From: Parcubacteria group bacterium Greene1014_15
GTDB taxonomy: Bacteria; Patescibacteriota; Minisyncoccia; Phycocordibacterales; VMGT01
NCBI GenBank assembly: GCA_007376725.1
Contig: VMGT01000004.1
Location: 1 to 51,976 of the forward strand
Length of the DNA: 51,976 nucleotides
Reading direction: 5' to 3'
Part shown: piece by piece, positions 20,101 to 28,687 of the stretch
Layout of the letters: each line of letters begins with the position of its first letter
Position numbering within the stretch: the first letter of the stretch is position 1
Made by a program: the position numbers and the translations under genes
The notes under the pieces: generated by a model
What the model saw: only the letters and a program-made list of their open reading frames with translations
The model's database searches: none
What the model was told of the DNA's origin: nothing

Positions 20101-21087
20101 TCTGTTCTACTTACAGAAGATATGACATTTCTGCGCGCGACGTGGGAAGAAACAAGTTCAGCCATTGATATGCTCCAAGCAAATCCTCTCTGTGTCAAAA
20201 GTGAACAGGCAGCAATTAAAAACTTGGCTTCGCCACCGTATGCGCTTCTTTTCACTCCAAAGAAAACTTCTGATGCGCATATATATCGCAGAATCAAACC
20301 TGCGGTTGCAATTCTGCGTGAAGAAGGAAGCAACGGCGACCGCGAAATGGCATCAGCTTTTTTTGCAGCAGGATTCGACCCATTCGATGTCACCATGACT
20401 GATTTTCTCCAAAAAAAGGTGGCGCTTGCGCAATTTCGCGGTATTGCGTTCGTCGGTGGATTTTCTTTTGCCGATGTCCCGCAAGCAGGCAAGGGATGGG
20501 CCGCGATCATTCGCTACAATCAATTCATTAAGGAACAATTCAGATTGTTCTATGAGCGGCAAGACACCTTTTCTCTCGGCGTCTGTAACGGCTGCCAGCT
20601 CATGGCTTATTTGGGTGTAGTCGGGCCACAACCGTGGTGGGGAAAAAAAGAATTCCGTTTCGTTCAAAATACTTCGGAGAGATTTGAGTCGCGCTTCAGC
20701 ACGGTTCGCATTGAAAAATCTCCGAGCATATTCTTCAGGGGTATGACGGATTCAATTCTTGGTATCTGGGTTGCACATGGAGAAGGCAGGATATACGCGA
20801 AAAAACAAAAAACAATCAGCCAACTCGTACAGAAGAATTTGGTCCCTCTCCGCTATACCGACAACAATGGAGAAGCGACTGAACAGTATCCATATAATCC
20901 GAACGGATCACCGCACGGCATTGCCGCAGTTTGTTCTCCCGACGGGCGACACCTCGCAATGATGCCGCATCCGGAGCGCACATTCATCACCTGGCAATGG
21001 CCCTGGATGCCCGAGTCATGGAAAAAAATGGATGCGAGCCCCTGGCTGCGCCTCTTCCAGAACGCCTATGACTGGTGCATGAAATAA
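17197..21087 (+). CDS. purL: Phosphoribosylformylglycinamidine synthase, large fused form
   Basis: NSEHSRH, ETHNFPT, DLGAGG, GGKDS; glutaminase GVCNGCQ and MPHPER. Confidence 0.97.
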   Translation: MIRLYSQRNIGSREHEKAADFFASVGRKNIKLVSEWCYYIESSTSFSSHDIEILTWLFKSHENFAVRTFSVISSSAVIEIGSRQSFETAWSSAAVSITSACGIANITRIERSRRYNVAHELTKQQEELFVSIFADAMTEERYRAPLTSFSNKHARKVNEIFPLTKETYFESLAELSKNEGLGWDRDDIEFIGNLFVHTLRRNPSKAELFQIAQANSEHSRHWFFKGRLSIDGKEMDESLMEIVQTPWKKFPNNSLIAFCDDSSALRGKKVASIIPQYADKKSPYIPVRRTLHPTLTAETHNFPTGIAPYPGAATGTGGRIRDNEAVGRGGHVIASAAAYCVGNLHIPGYTLPWENDGWQHPKNLASPLSILIQASNGASDYGNCFGEPVIAGFVRTGGIYSTTEYRSWLKPIMYTAGIGQIDDQHIHAESPMRNMLLILLGGPSYRIGIGGGSASSISTEAARDSLDFRAVQRGNPEMGQRLNRVIRSCIEMAENNPLKKIVDLGAGGACNALTELLYSSGGKINLDAFPLGDKSLSILELWINESQERIAALIHPYSYQQILSICKRERVMIALVGIVTKSGEIHVTYEKGAKTAVRLPLEHILGNLPQKTFHLKSTAKNHRPFSAPKDFSFRNALLHVLRLPSVGSKRFLTTKVDRSVTGLVARQQCIGPNHLPLSDFGLVAQSHFAQSGIAFALGEAPLKGLISAAACARMAVSEMLLNMAGARIGNIESIKCSANWMLAAKETDGDGAWLHEAVCALRDICIALGIAIDGGKDSLSMASNAINPDGKEEKVLAPSQLVVAGYAPVPNIKTHITPDIKRRGSHLILIDPSEGSNRIGGSALAQISGQTGDTCPDIDDPKALASAFKIAGILADKGLVLSMHDRSDGGLITAALEMAFAGNTGLTLSLCGEGDPIHEFFSEEAGLLIETSDINAVWSALIDHKSACDIKVIGKIPDGTEVKVVWNNSVLLTEDMTFLRATWEETSSAIDMLQANPLCVKSEQAAIKNLASPPYALLFTPKKTSDAHIYRRIKPAVAILREEGSNGDREMASAFFAAGFDPFDVTMTDFLQKKVALAQFRGIAFVGGFSFADVPQAGKGWAAIIRYNQFIKEQFRLFYERQDTFSLGVCNGCQLMAYLGVVGPQPWWGKKEFRFVQNTSERFESRFSTVRIEKSPSIFFRGMTDSILGIWVAHGEGRIYAKKQKTISQLVQKNLVPLRYTDNNGEATEQYPYNPNGSPHGIAAVCSPDGRHLAMMPHPERTFITWQWPWMPESWKKMDASPWLRLFQNAYDWCMK

Positions 21088-21096
21088 CCTAAACAC

Positions 21097-21130
21097 AAAC
21101 GGACTTTCCCAATCAGGAAAGTCCGTTTTT
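21097..21130 (+). terminator. Intrinsic terminator after purL
   Basis: AAACGGACTTTCC/GGAAAGTCCGTTT plus T-run. Confidence 0.8.
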
Positions 21131-21231
21131 CCTATCACAAATCTTCATATTCCTTTATGCGTTGTATCTTATTGCCATGCTCTTTGTTGTAGCAGGTAGA
21201 GATGTGTCTTTGAAATTAACGGGAGAAATGT

Positions 21232-21570
21232 ATGAGTAGTACAGTCTATGTCGTAACAGAATCGTGTCTTGGTATTTGCTCCGATCCAAAAATTCCACGG
21301 GATTTTTTTAAACATCCGATTTGCATCGATGTCTGCCCTGTCAATGGAATTAAGACTGTCGAGGGCGAAGACCAGATGTACTTCATTGATCCTACTCTTT
21401 GCATCGGTTGCAAAGCATGTTGGTATGAATGTCCAGTAGAAGCAATTTATGCAAAAGAAGATGTTCCGGAAACATGGAAAGAGTACATAGATCTGAACGC
21501 GCTTTGGCACGCTGGAGAAAAAGAAACTGTTCGAAAACGCATTGCAGAAATATCTCCAATTAAATCATAA
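21232..21570 (+). CDS. FdxA-like dicluster ferredoxin
   Basis: YVVTESC...CIDVCPV, CIGCKACWYECP, EDVPETWKEYIDLNA tail. Confidence 0.9.
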   Translation: MSSTVYVVTESCLGICSDPKIPRDFFKHPICIDVCPVNGIKTVEGEDQMYFIDPTLCIGCKACWYECPVEAIYAKEDVPETWKEYIDLNALWHAGEKETVRKRIAEISPIKS

Positions 21571-21604
21571 CTGTATTTCGCAAGGTATACTTTTTCATTC
21601 AGTA

Positions 21605-21791
21605 TAAGAGCCTATCTCCTATCTAACCGCAAAATACAAAGTAAAATATCGCTTGCCTGCCGAAATGTCCAAAATTCTGCTGCAAATCGCGTCTTTTTCG
21701 TCAGCTTCCCCTCATGCTTCCTTAAAATACGCAATTTTCGCAACGAATTTTGAACATTTCGTCTAGGCATTAGATAGGAGATAGGCTCTAA
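21605..21791 (-). mobile_element. MITE-like palindrome family B, copy 3 (full length, inverted)
   Basis: Perfect 20-bp IR 21607-21626/21770-21789; TAA direct repeats. Confidence 0.85.
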
Positions 21792-21874
21792 GAGAAATCG
21801 CCGAAAATTGCGTTATGCAAGCAAACATGGTTTTATGCTTCGTAGTTGACGCTCTCTTTTTTGAAGGATAGGTC

Positions 21875-22432
21875 ATGTTTCTACAGGATGTCAGCGGAAT
21901 AGGACAAGTATTTGACCATGCCATAGCGCTTCACCAGAAAGGTATAAAAAGTATCGAATCAGTTTCTCAAGGCTCTCTCCGTCTTTACAGTGGTTCAACT
22001 CCAAACACATATGATCACAGTTCTTTGTGGTTCCATATTTCTCCGTGGTTAATTCGTAATAGACTAGAGCACATAAGCAAAAAAGCTATCTTGTTTTTCA
22101 CACCACAAGGTCATATTCATGATCCGGTATTCGAAATACAGATTTCTGAAGAAAACGAACTGCGCCGAATAGTTGCATCATTAACTCCGCTTACTCCAGC
22201 GTACTTTCCCGCTCTTTCATGTATTACACGCTTCATGTTGCGGAAAATCACGTTTATTCTCAAACAAAAGAGAAAATACCATGGCGAAAATGTTCTGTTG
22301 TTCTACTCAGCATATGACCAAACATACTTTGGATCAGTATATATTGGTGCAAAAGGAGCAGTCCTCTCGATCAAGGGACGCGATCGATCAGCGATAGAAT
22401 CAGGGATCAGATACATTATCAGCCACATGTAA
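21875..22432 (+). CDS. Hypothetical protein
   Basis: 185-aa ORF with GAAGGA upstream; fills the intergenic space. Confidence 0.6.
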   Translation: MFLQDVSGIGQVFDHAIALHQKGIKSIESVSQGSLRLYSGSTPNTYDHSSLWFHISPWLIRNRLEHISKKAILFFTPQGHIHDPVFEIQISEENELRRIVASLTPLTPAYFPALSCITRFMLRKITFILKQKRKYHGENVLLFYSAYDQTYFGSVYIGAKGAVLSIKGRDRSAIESGIRYIISHM

Positions 22433-22446
22433 ATCCTTCCCACTAC

Positions 22447-25400
22447 CTACCCCACAGCATCTTTGGTGCTCGTGGGGTAGTCTTTTCCTTGCATCATATC
22501 CGCAAGTTCACAGTAGCTACACTCTTTTTTAAAACAACGTTCATTCCAGAACGAGAGGTCGAGGATGCGTGACGCGGCAGAGCGGATCTCATCTTTTAGA
22601 ATCAAAACATCTTCCTCGGATAATAGAAATTTCTCGCGATGATATTCCCCTTTTTTATCCGGCTCAACAAAATCGATTTCACCAGACACAACGATAAACT
22701 CTTTGGGTTCGTAGGAGTCAATGAGCAATTTATAAAACACAAGCTGGCGCCGCTCTTTACCAATAGAGCTTTTTGTTTTTCCCTCAATAGCGTTGCGTGA
22801 CTTGTATTTTCCGGTTTTATAATCAATGACATGCACTTCTTTGCCGTCCACGAGCTCTACCTTGTCAATCTTTCCGCGCAACATGAGTCTTTTTTCTGTA
22901 CCATCGTCACGTGGTATATCAAGAAAAATTCCTGCAATATTTTTTTCATTCCAGAACGGTGTAATAAAAAACTCATGATATGTATCATAATAGCCACCAA
23001 GAGCAATCGTCCCCTTGCGCAAAAATTCTTCCCGTACGTTCGCTTCAAGCGGAACTCCTGCAATCTCTCGTTTATAAAGCGAAAGCAAATCTTTTTTCGT
23101 ACGTTTTTCTCCGTCACGCCCCGCATCAAAAAAATGTGTCAGCACTGCATGTATAGCAATACCATAATATTGATGCCGCGACGGCGCTCGTTGAATACGA
23201 ATCAGATTGTCAAAAAAATATCTCCAAGGGCACTCGAGAAAATTATTGAGGTGTGTTACTGCAAACCCTTGATCAAGAAACAACTTGTTGAGATATTCTT
23301 TTTCGTCAATGCGAATATGCACATTCTTTTTGGGAGCAAACTGCGCGAAGAGCTCGTTTATACCGGAAACAGTGGTCACGCTTACAGCATTCAATTCCCG
23401 ATGCGCTTCGTCTATCTCTTCTATAAACTGCACGGGAAGCATCTTTTTACCACCTGCTTTTTCTTCCGCATACGTCAATATGACTTTCTTTTTCGCCCGC
23501 GTTAGCGCAACATAAAAAAGCCGCCGCTCATCGTCTCCGGTGTCAATACCTCCCGAACTTGTCGGAAGATGAAAATGATCGCTTCCACGCGCTCCTTCCC
23601 AATGTCCTTCAACGGCCCCCATGATATAGACGATATCAAACTCAAGCCCTTTTGAGCGATGTGCGGTCATAAGTTGCACGCCATGTATAAACGCTCCTCC
23701 AGCACGCGCGTTCATGGGTATCTTGTATGTCGTGTATAAATCCACCGTCTTCATAAAATCTGCAAGTTTACCACCTGGATTATTCGCGGCAAATATTTTA
23801 ATCTCCTTAAAAAAAGCATCGAGTTTGTGGAGCCGCTCCACAGAACCTTCTTTCCGGAGTAGCTCGGGAAGAAACCACGACTCACGGATGAGAATTTCGG
23901 CAGCGTCGGCGGCATTCTTGTTTCGAACCATAGAACCCCATGAAGCAAGCTTTCTGTGCAGCGCAAGAAAAGCATCGCTGTCCACCTTAAGAATGCCGGC
24001 TCGTGCAAGTATCGCTCTCGAACCGAGACACTCGAAAAGCATTCTTTTTGATTGCAAAGAGATGTGTAAAAGTTTATACACATCAAGAAGCGGCAGCTTC
24101 CAAAAGTCCATAAAAAGCAACTCGGTCAGCAGTTCTGCATTTCCAAGATCAAGCACGACACGGAGCAAAAGCACCAGTTTCGAAATATCGTCATCGGCAA
24201 GAATATTCTGATCTGAAAATATGGCATAAGAAATACCGTTCCGCTCAAAAACATCAATAAGAGGAAACACATCGCGATTGTTTCTGTAAAGCACGGCTAT
24301 TTCGCGCGGCTCTGTTCCTCGTGCAAGTTCTGCGGATATACTCTCCGCAATAAACCGATACTCATCATCTTCATTTTTGCACGAATAGACGCTATAGCGC
24401 TCTCCTTTTTCTCCCCGCACAGACACAAGCGGAATGCCAAGCCGCTCGTCAAATTCCGCACTTTTCGAGATAAGAGAGTGCGCTCCATCGAGAATACGCT
24501 GGGACGAGCGATAGTTCTCTCGAAGATTTACCACAAGAGCATTCCTATAGCGTTCTCTAAAATATAAAAAATTATCGAGAGATGCGCCTTGAAATCGAAA
24601 TATCGCCTGTTTTCCATCACCGACAACAAAAAGATTTGGATTTTCGTGGAAACTCGAGAGCAGCTCCAAAAGGCGATTTTGTGAACGGTTTGCGTCTTGG
24701 TGTTCATCCGCAAGGATGTAGAGATACTGTTCCTCAAGACGCAGAAGCAAATTTTCGTTGCTTTCAAGAACCCGCACCGTCTCAAGAATCATATCTTCAT
24801 AGTCATAGAGGCGCTTATCCGCGAGCACCTTTTCGTATTTTTCATATAACGTAAGCAGCTCTTTATTGCGCTCAATTTTTTTGAGCATATCGGTATATAC
24901 ACCCTTCATCTTGCCTTTGTGTGACCCCTTCACATGATAGAGATCATTGATCGCCCCAAATTCTTTTTCCTGCGTTGCGATAAAAACCGCAAGATCCTGC
25001 GGAGTATAATCCTCACGCTTGAGTTCTCGGATACTGTGCAAAACAGGACGCACATAATAAAGCGGATCGCCAAAAGGCTTGAGAGCCGTAAGAAACGTAT
25101 CCTCCACAATCTTCTCCATGATCTGTATCTGATCTATTTCGGAGATATTTGATGAGCCAATAATACGATCAAAGGCTTCGGGGAATCGCCTAATCACCTC
25201 ATTACAAAATCCATGAAATGTATGGATATTGACGCGATATGCAGAGGGACCAATAATCTCGACCAAACGCTTGCGCATCGAATACACTGCTGACTCCGTA
25301 AACGTAAGCGCAAGAATACCATCCGGCGTTGTGTCCGTTTGACGAAGTATATTTGCGATACGCAGTGTCAGAATATGTGTCTTGCCTGTTCCCGGACCCG

Positions 25401-25512
25401 CAATCACCGTCACCGGCCCCTCGATTGCATCGACAGCTTTTTTCTGTTCAGAATTAAGCTTTCTATAAAGCGTGTCGAAGGTCTCCAATGCAACTAATCC
25501 AAATGTGGACAT
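22447..25512 (-). CDS. UvrD/PcrA-family helicase fused to PD-(D/E)XK nuclease
   Basis: AGPGTGKT, DEHQD, NYRS, TAHRSKGLEF, ERRLFYVALTRA; GKIDKV...IDYKTG; C-terminal Cys cluster. Confidence 0.95.
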   Translation of the reverse strand: MSTFGLVALETFDTLYRKLNSEQKKAVDAIEGPVTVIAGPGTGKTHILTLRIANILRQTDTTPDGILALTFTESAVYSMRKRLVEIIGPSAYRVNIHTFHGFCNEVIRRFPEAFDRIIGSSNISEIDQIQIMEKIVEDTFLTALKPFGDPLYYVRPVLHSIRELKREDYTPQDLAVFIATQEKEFGAINDLYHVKGSHKGKMKGVYTDMLKKIERNKELLTLYEKYEKVLADKRLYDYEDMILETVRVLESNENLLLRLEEQYLYILADEHQDANRSQNRLLELLSSFHENPNLFVVGDGKQAIFRFQGASLDNFLYFRERYRNALVVNLRENYRSSQRILDGAHSLISKSAEFDERLGIPLVSVRGEKGERYSVYSCKNEDDEYRFIAESISAELARGTEPREIAVLYRNNRDVFPLIDVFERNGISYAIFSDQNILADDDISKLVLLLRVVLDLGNAELLTELLFMDFWKLPLLDVYKLLHISLQSKRMLFECLGSRAILARAGILKVDSDAFLALHRKLASWGSMVRNKNAADAAEILIRESWFLPELLRKEGSVERLHKLDAFFKEIKIFAANNPGGKLADFMKTVDLYTTYKIPMNARAGGAFIHGVQLMTAHRSKGLEFDIVYIMGAVEGHWEGARGSDHFHLPTSSGGIDTGDDERRLFYVALTRAKKKVILTYAEEKAGGKKMLPVQFIEEIDEAHRELNAVSVTTVSGINELFAQFAPKKNVHIRIDEKEYLNKLFLDQGFAVTHLNNFLECPWRYFFDNLIRIQRAPSRHQYYGIAIHAVLTHFFDAGRDGEKRTKKDLLSLYKREIAGVPLEANVREEFLRKGTIALGGYYDTYHEFFITPFWNEKNIAGIFLDIPRDDGTEKRLMLRGKIDKVELVDGKEVHVIDYKTGKYKSRNAIEGKTKSSIGKERRQLVFYKLLIDSYEPKEFIVVSGEIDFVEPDKKGEYHREKFLLSEEDVLILKDEIRSAASRILDLSFWNERCFKKECSYCELADMMQGKDYPTSTKDAVG

Positions 25513-25515
25513 ATT

Positions 25516-25872
25516 TCAATTTTCTATAATTTCGATCTGATCGGGAAAAATAGGTCCCTTAAATACAACAATTCCGTGAAATGCCTGATCTGGACCCGTT
25601 AGACGAGGCTCAAGTCTCTCAATTGAATCTATGGAGATTCGTAAAAGTGCGCGATCCTCGCCAGGTGGCATGTAGGGATCTCGACCAATGGTTCCGGCAA
25701 CAATATTACCACCGATCCAAGAAGATGACTCTCGAATACCACGGCGAAGCATGGGAACATATTGCCGCGGAACAGTAACAACTGGTTTTTCACCCTGTTC
25801 AAACAACGTACGAATCATCTCATAGGCATTTTCAATTTCATCAAATTTTTCGAGTTTTTCAATATTTCTCAT
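25516..25872 (-). CDS. Hypothetical protein
   Basis: Start moved to ATG 25872 (MRNIEKLEK); ends 3 nt before the helicase start. Confidence 0.65.
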   Translation of the reverse strand: MRNIEKLEKFDEIENAYEMIRTLFEQGEKPVVTVPRQYVPMLRRGIRESSSWIGGNIVAGTIGRDPYMPPGEDRALLRISIDSIERLEPRLTGPDQAFHGIVVFKGPIFPDQIEIIEN

Positions 25873-25903
25873 AGTAATTAAAAGTATATCAAAGAGAATA
25901 AAA

Positions 25904-25939
25904 GAACGCCTTGTTTCTACGACGAGAAACAAGGCGTTC
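25904..25939 (-). terminator. Intrinsic terminator
   Basis: 15-bp stem followed by TTTTATTCTCTTT on the minus strand. Confidence 0.8.
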
Positions 25940-25949
25940 GGGGACGAGC

Positions 25950-26209
25950 TTAGCGTGGTATGACGACCCATACATAGCCGTTCCAATACATATATGGGGT
26001 TGGGTAATGCGGGTGGCCTTGCTCATGCCACCGCACTTCGTCGCGGTTCACGGGCAACCGCCCATGGTGGTCTTGCTTAAATTTAGCCTCATTGTGCCGC
26101 TCTTAGAGAGCCAGCCGTCAGTGTCACTTTTTTTCCCGCCAGCGCAGACAGCTGAAGCAAGAACCAACAAAAAAAGAAAACAAGCTGTAGTGGTCAAAAC
26201 TCTCTTCAT
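25950..26209 (-). pseudogene. Small exported protein with a 1-nt frameshift near 26103
   Basis: ATG 26209 signal peptide MKRVLTTTACFLFLLVLASAVCA; that frame stops at 26048; the shifted frame continues HNEAKFKQDHHG...YWNGYVWVVIPR to TAA 25950, next to the terminator. Confidence 0.6.
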
Positions 26210-26327
26210 GATTACACCCTTTCATGCGAGAAACCCTGAATTCTGTGCCATTGTATCATTATTTTGATATTTTGTCAACATTTACCCTGCGTCATTTCTC
26301 TGTTATTGTTTGAGTGGAGTACCATTC

Positions 26328-26933
26328 ATGAGCGGCTACAGAAGGAAAAAATCTGTGCAACCAGCATTTGTGCCAGGAAAAAAGATAGATTTACGAGTAT
26401 ACAATGAAGAAACAGACCTGCACGAATACTACAAGTGGATCAACGATCCCGCCGTCACGCAGTATATGGACGACATATACCCCGTAACGCTCGACGAAGC
26501 GCGTGAGCGTCTACGCAAGCTCGCCTCGCCCGACATGGACAACGTCATCTTCTTTTTGCAAGAGAAAAACAGTGGCGGCATTCCAATCGGCATCACCGGT
26601 CTCTATGACATGGATGACGTACATCGCCGCGCCCGGACAAGGACCATGATCGGCAGCGTGGAGCATTTCTCTAGAGGCTACGGAACTGAGTCGAAAATTC
26701 TCCTGTTCTGGTATGCCTTTTATCGAATCAACCTGCACCACATCACTTCAATCGTCCAGGCGGAAAATATCGCGAGCATCAAGTCGCTTAAACGTGTCGG
26801 ATATAAAAAAGAGGGCATACTTCGCCAGAATACATTCTTTGATGGAAGGTGGGTCAACGACATCATCTTTGGCATCACCAAAAAAGATTTTCGTCCCGTG
26901 TGGGAAAAATACAACGAATCGTTGAAAAAGTGA
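26328..26933 (+). CDS. RimJ/RimL-type GNAT acetyltransferase
   Basis: SRGYGTE, NIASIKSLKRVGYKKEGILRQ. Confidence 0.9.
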   Translation: MSGYRRKKSVQPAFVPGKKIDLRVYNEETDLHEYYKWINDPAVTQYMDDIYPVTLDEARERLRKLASPDMDNVIFFLQEKNSGGIPIGITGLYDMDDVHRRARTRTMIGSVEHFSRGYGTESKILLFWYAFYRINLHHITSIVQAENIASIKSLKRVGYKKEGILRQNTFFDGRWVNDIIFGITKKDFRPVWEKYNESLKK

Positions 26934-26943
26934 AAGGACGCAA

Positions 26944-27162
26944 ATGAAAAAGTTTGTGTATTATATTCAGGTGGCGCATCAACACCAGAGTGATATTCGT
27001 CTTGTCTCCATCGCCATGTCTGCATGCCCGAGAATAGCAGAGTTGCACATTAACGAGAATACCAATTCAATACGGGTAACAACCGAACAAGAAGTCATTG
27101 ATGCATTTCTCGTCCTTTTCCCTTCGTTGCAACTAACGAGAAACGGACAACGTAAACAATAA
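26944..27162 (+). CDS. Small hypothetical protein
   Basis: AAAGGA SD; follows the GNAT gene by 10 nt. Confidence 0.55.
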   Translation: MKKFVYYIQVAHQHQSDIRLVSIAMSACPRIAELHINENTNSIRVTTEQEVIDAFLVLFPSLQLTRNGQRKQ

Positions 27163-27177
27163 ATATATGTGCCAAAC

Positions 27178-27203
27178 GCCCGCAATAGATTTTCGTTGCG
27201 GGC
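27178..27203. terminator. Hairpin between convergent genes
   Basis: GCCCGCAA/TTGCGGGC. Confidence 0.55.
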
Positions 27204-27212
27204 AATCCTTTT

Positions 27213-28520
27213 TTAATAATTCTTCAGCCGATCCACTTTCTGGTGCTGTCTGATGCGTTCATGCGCTTTTGCTTCAATCTGGCGGATGCGTTCGCGCGTC
27301 ACACCAAATTCTCGCCCCACTTCTTCGAGCGTGTGCGTGATGCCATCGGTGAGACCGTTGCGCATTTCAAGAATTTTTCTCTCTTTCGGCGAAAGCGTTT
27401 CAAGAATATCACGGACATGGTCAGCAAGAATACGGCGAGAAGATTCTTGCTCTGGTGACAGGATCTTATCATCCGGAATAAAATCGCCAAGCGTTGATTT
27501 GTCATCACCATCATCACCGACAGGGTTTTCAAGCGACACTGTTCCCTGATCTATTTGCTCGATATTGCGAACTTTCTCAACTTCAATCCCCATCTCCACC
27601 GCCACTTCTTCAGTGAGAGGATCACGTCCCAAATCTTGCGCCAAACGCCGCACCACTTGTTTATATTTCGCAATCGTCTCAACCATGTGTACGGGAATAC
27701 GAATCGTGCGTGATTGGTCCGCAAGCGCGCGTGTAATTGCCTGACGAATCCACCACGTTGCATATGTTGAAAATTTGTATCCTTTTGTCCAATCAAATTT
27801 ATCGACAGCCTTAAAAAGGCCGAGATTCCCCTCTTGAATGAGATCGAGAAGTGTAAGATCGGGACTGCGGCCAACATACTTTTTAGCTATGGAAACAACG
27901 AGACGAAGGTTGGCGCGCGCAAGAAGATTGCGTGCCTCATCATCACCCGCGATAATGCGCCGCGCGAGTTCTTTTTCTTCGTTACCGGTCAAAAGTGCAT
28001 ACTGGCCGATTTCGCGCAGATACATCTGAATTGAATCATACGAAGAATCTCCACCGCCATAAATGCCTCCCTTTCGTCCCGAGAGCTCTTCCGGCGCCTC
28101 AACATCAAGAATACTTCCGCCTTCAAGCACGTCAACGCCTGCAGTACTCAACCGTTCATAGAGGTCCTCAAGAAAGACGATGTTATCCTCGATCGTCGGA
28201 AATTCTTTGAGAATTTCTTCATAGATAATAAACCCGCGCTGGCGGCCTTTCGCGATCAACTTTTCCGCTTTCCTATCATTATCCTCGGGCTTTTTTCTCG
28301 AAGTACCTGTTACTTTTGACTCAGCTTTTTTTACAGCCTTCTCTTTGTGTTTCTCTGCAACAACACGGCGCTCATTTTTTTTCTTCGATTTCTGCACCGT
28401 CGATTTGAATGACTTCTTTTTCACTACTTTAAACGTTTTTTTAGATTTTTTCTTCGATGCAAAAGAGGACCGACGTGCGGTCGCTGTCACTTTCTTCGCT
28501 TTTTTTGTACTTCGAACCAT
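27213..28520 (-). CDS. rpoD: Primary sigma factor sigma-70
   Basis: [46 protein letters not shown]; start moved to ATG 28520. Confidence 0.97.
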   Translation of the reverse strand: MVRSTKKAKKVTATARRSSFASKKKSKKTFKVVKKKSFKSTVQKSKKKNERRVVAEKHKEKAVKKAESKVTGTSRKKPEDNDRKAEKLIAKGRQRGFIIYEEILKEFPTIEDNIVFLEDLYERLSTAGVDVLEGGSILDVEAPEELSGRKGGIYGGGDSSYDSIQMYLREIGQYALLTGNEEKELARRIIAGDDEARNLLARANLRLVVSIAKKYVGRSPDLTLLDLIQEGNLGLFKAVDKFDWTKGYKFSTYATWWIRQAITRALADQSRTIRIPVHMVETIAKYKQVVRRLAQDLGRDPLTEEVAVEMGIEVEKVRNIEQIDQGTVSLENPVGDDGDDKSTLGDFIPDDKILSPEQESSRRILADHVRDILETLSPKERKILEMRNGLTDGITHTLEEVGREFGVTRERIRQIEAKAHERIRQHQKVDRLKNY

Positions 28521-28559
28521 ACAGGTATCGTAATAAGTTAGTATTAAAAATTGTATTTT

Positions 28560-28686
28560 ATAGGACGTACGCACTTGGCGCATTTCTTCGTTGCTTCGCT
28601 CGTTTGTTCCCGCGCTGTATAGGCAATACAGCTTGGTCACAAGCCTCACTCGCGCCTCAAACTGCGTTCAAGTGCGTACGTCCTAT
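28560..28686 (-). repeat. Long palindromic element D between dnaG and rpoD
   Basis: Perfect 18-bp IR ATAGGACGTACGCACTTG/CAAGTGCGTACGTCCTAT with an imperfect rod interior. Confidence 0.85.
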
Positions 28687-28687
28687 T

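Noticed and set aside
28521-28649. N-terminal extensions in track ORFs for rpoD (also trmD, atpF, rpsP, rnc)
   Set aside because: They run through palindromes or neighbouring genes; family homology or a better start lies downstream
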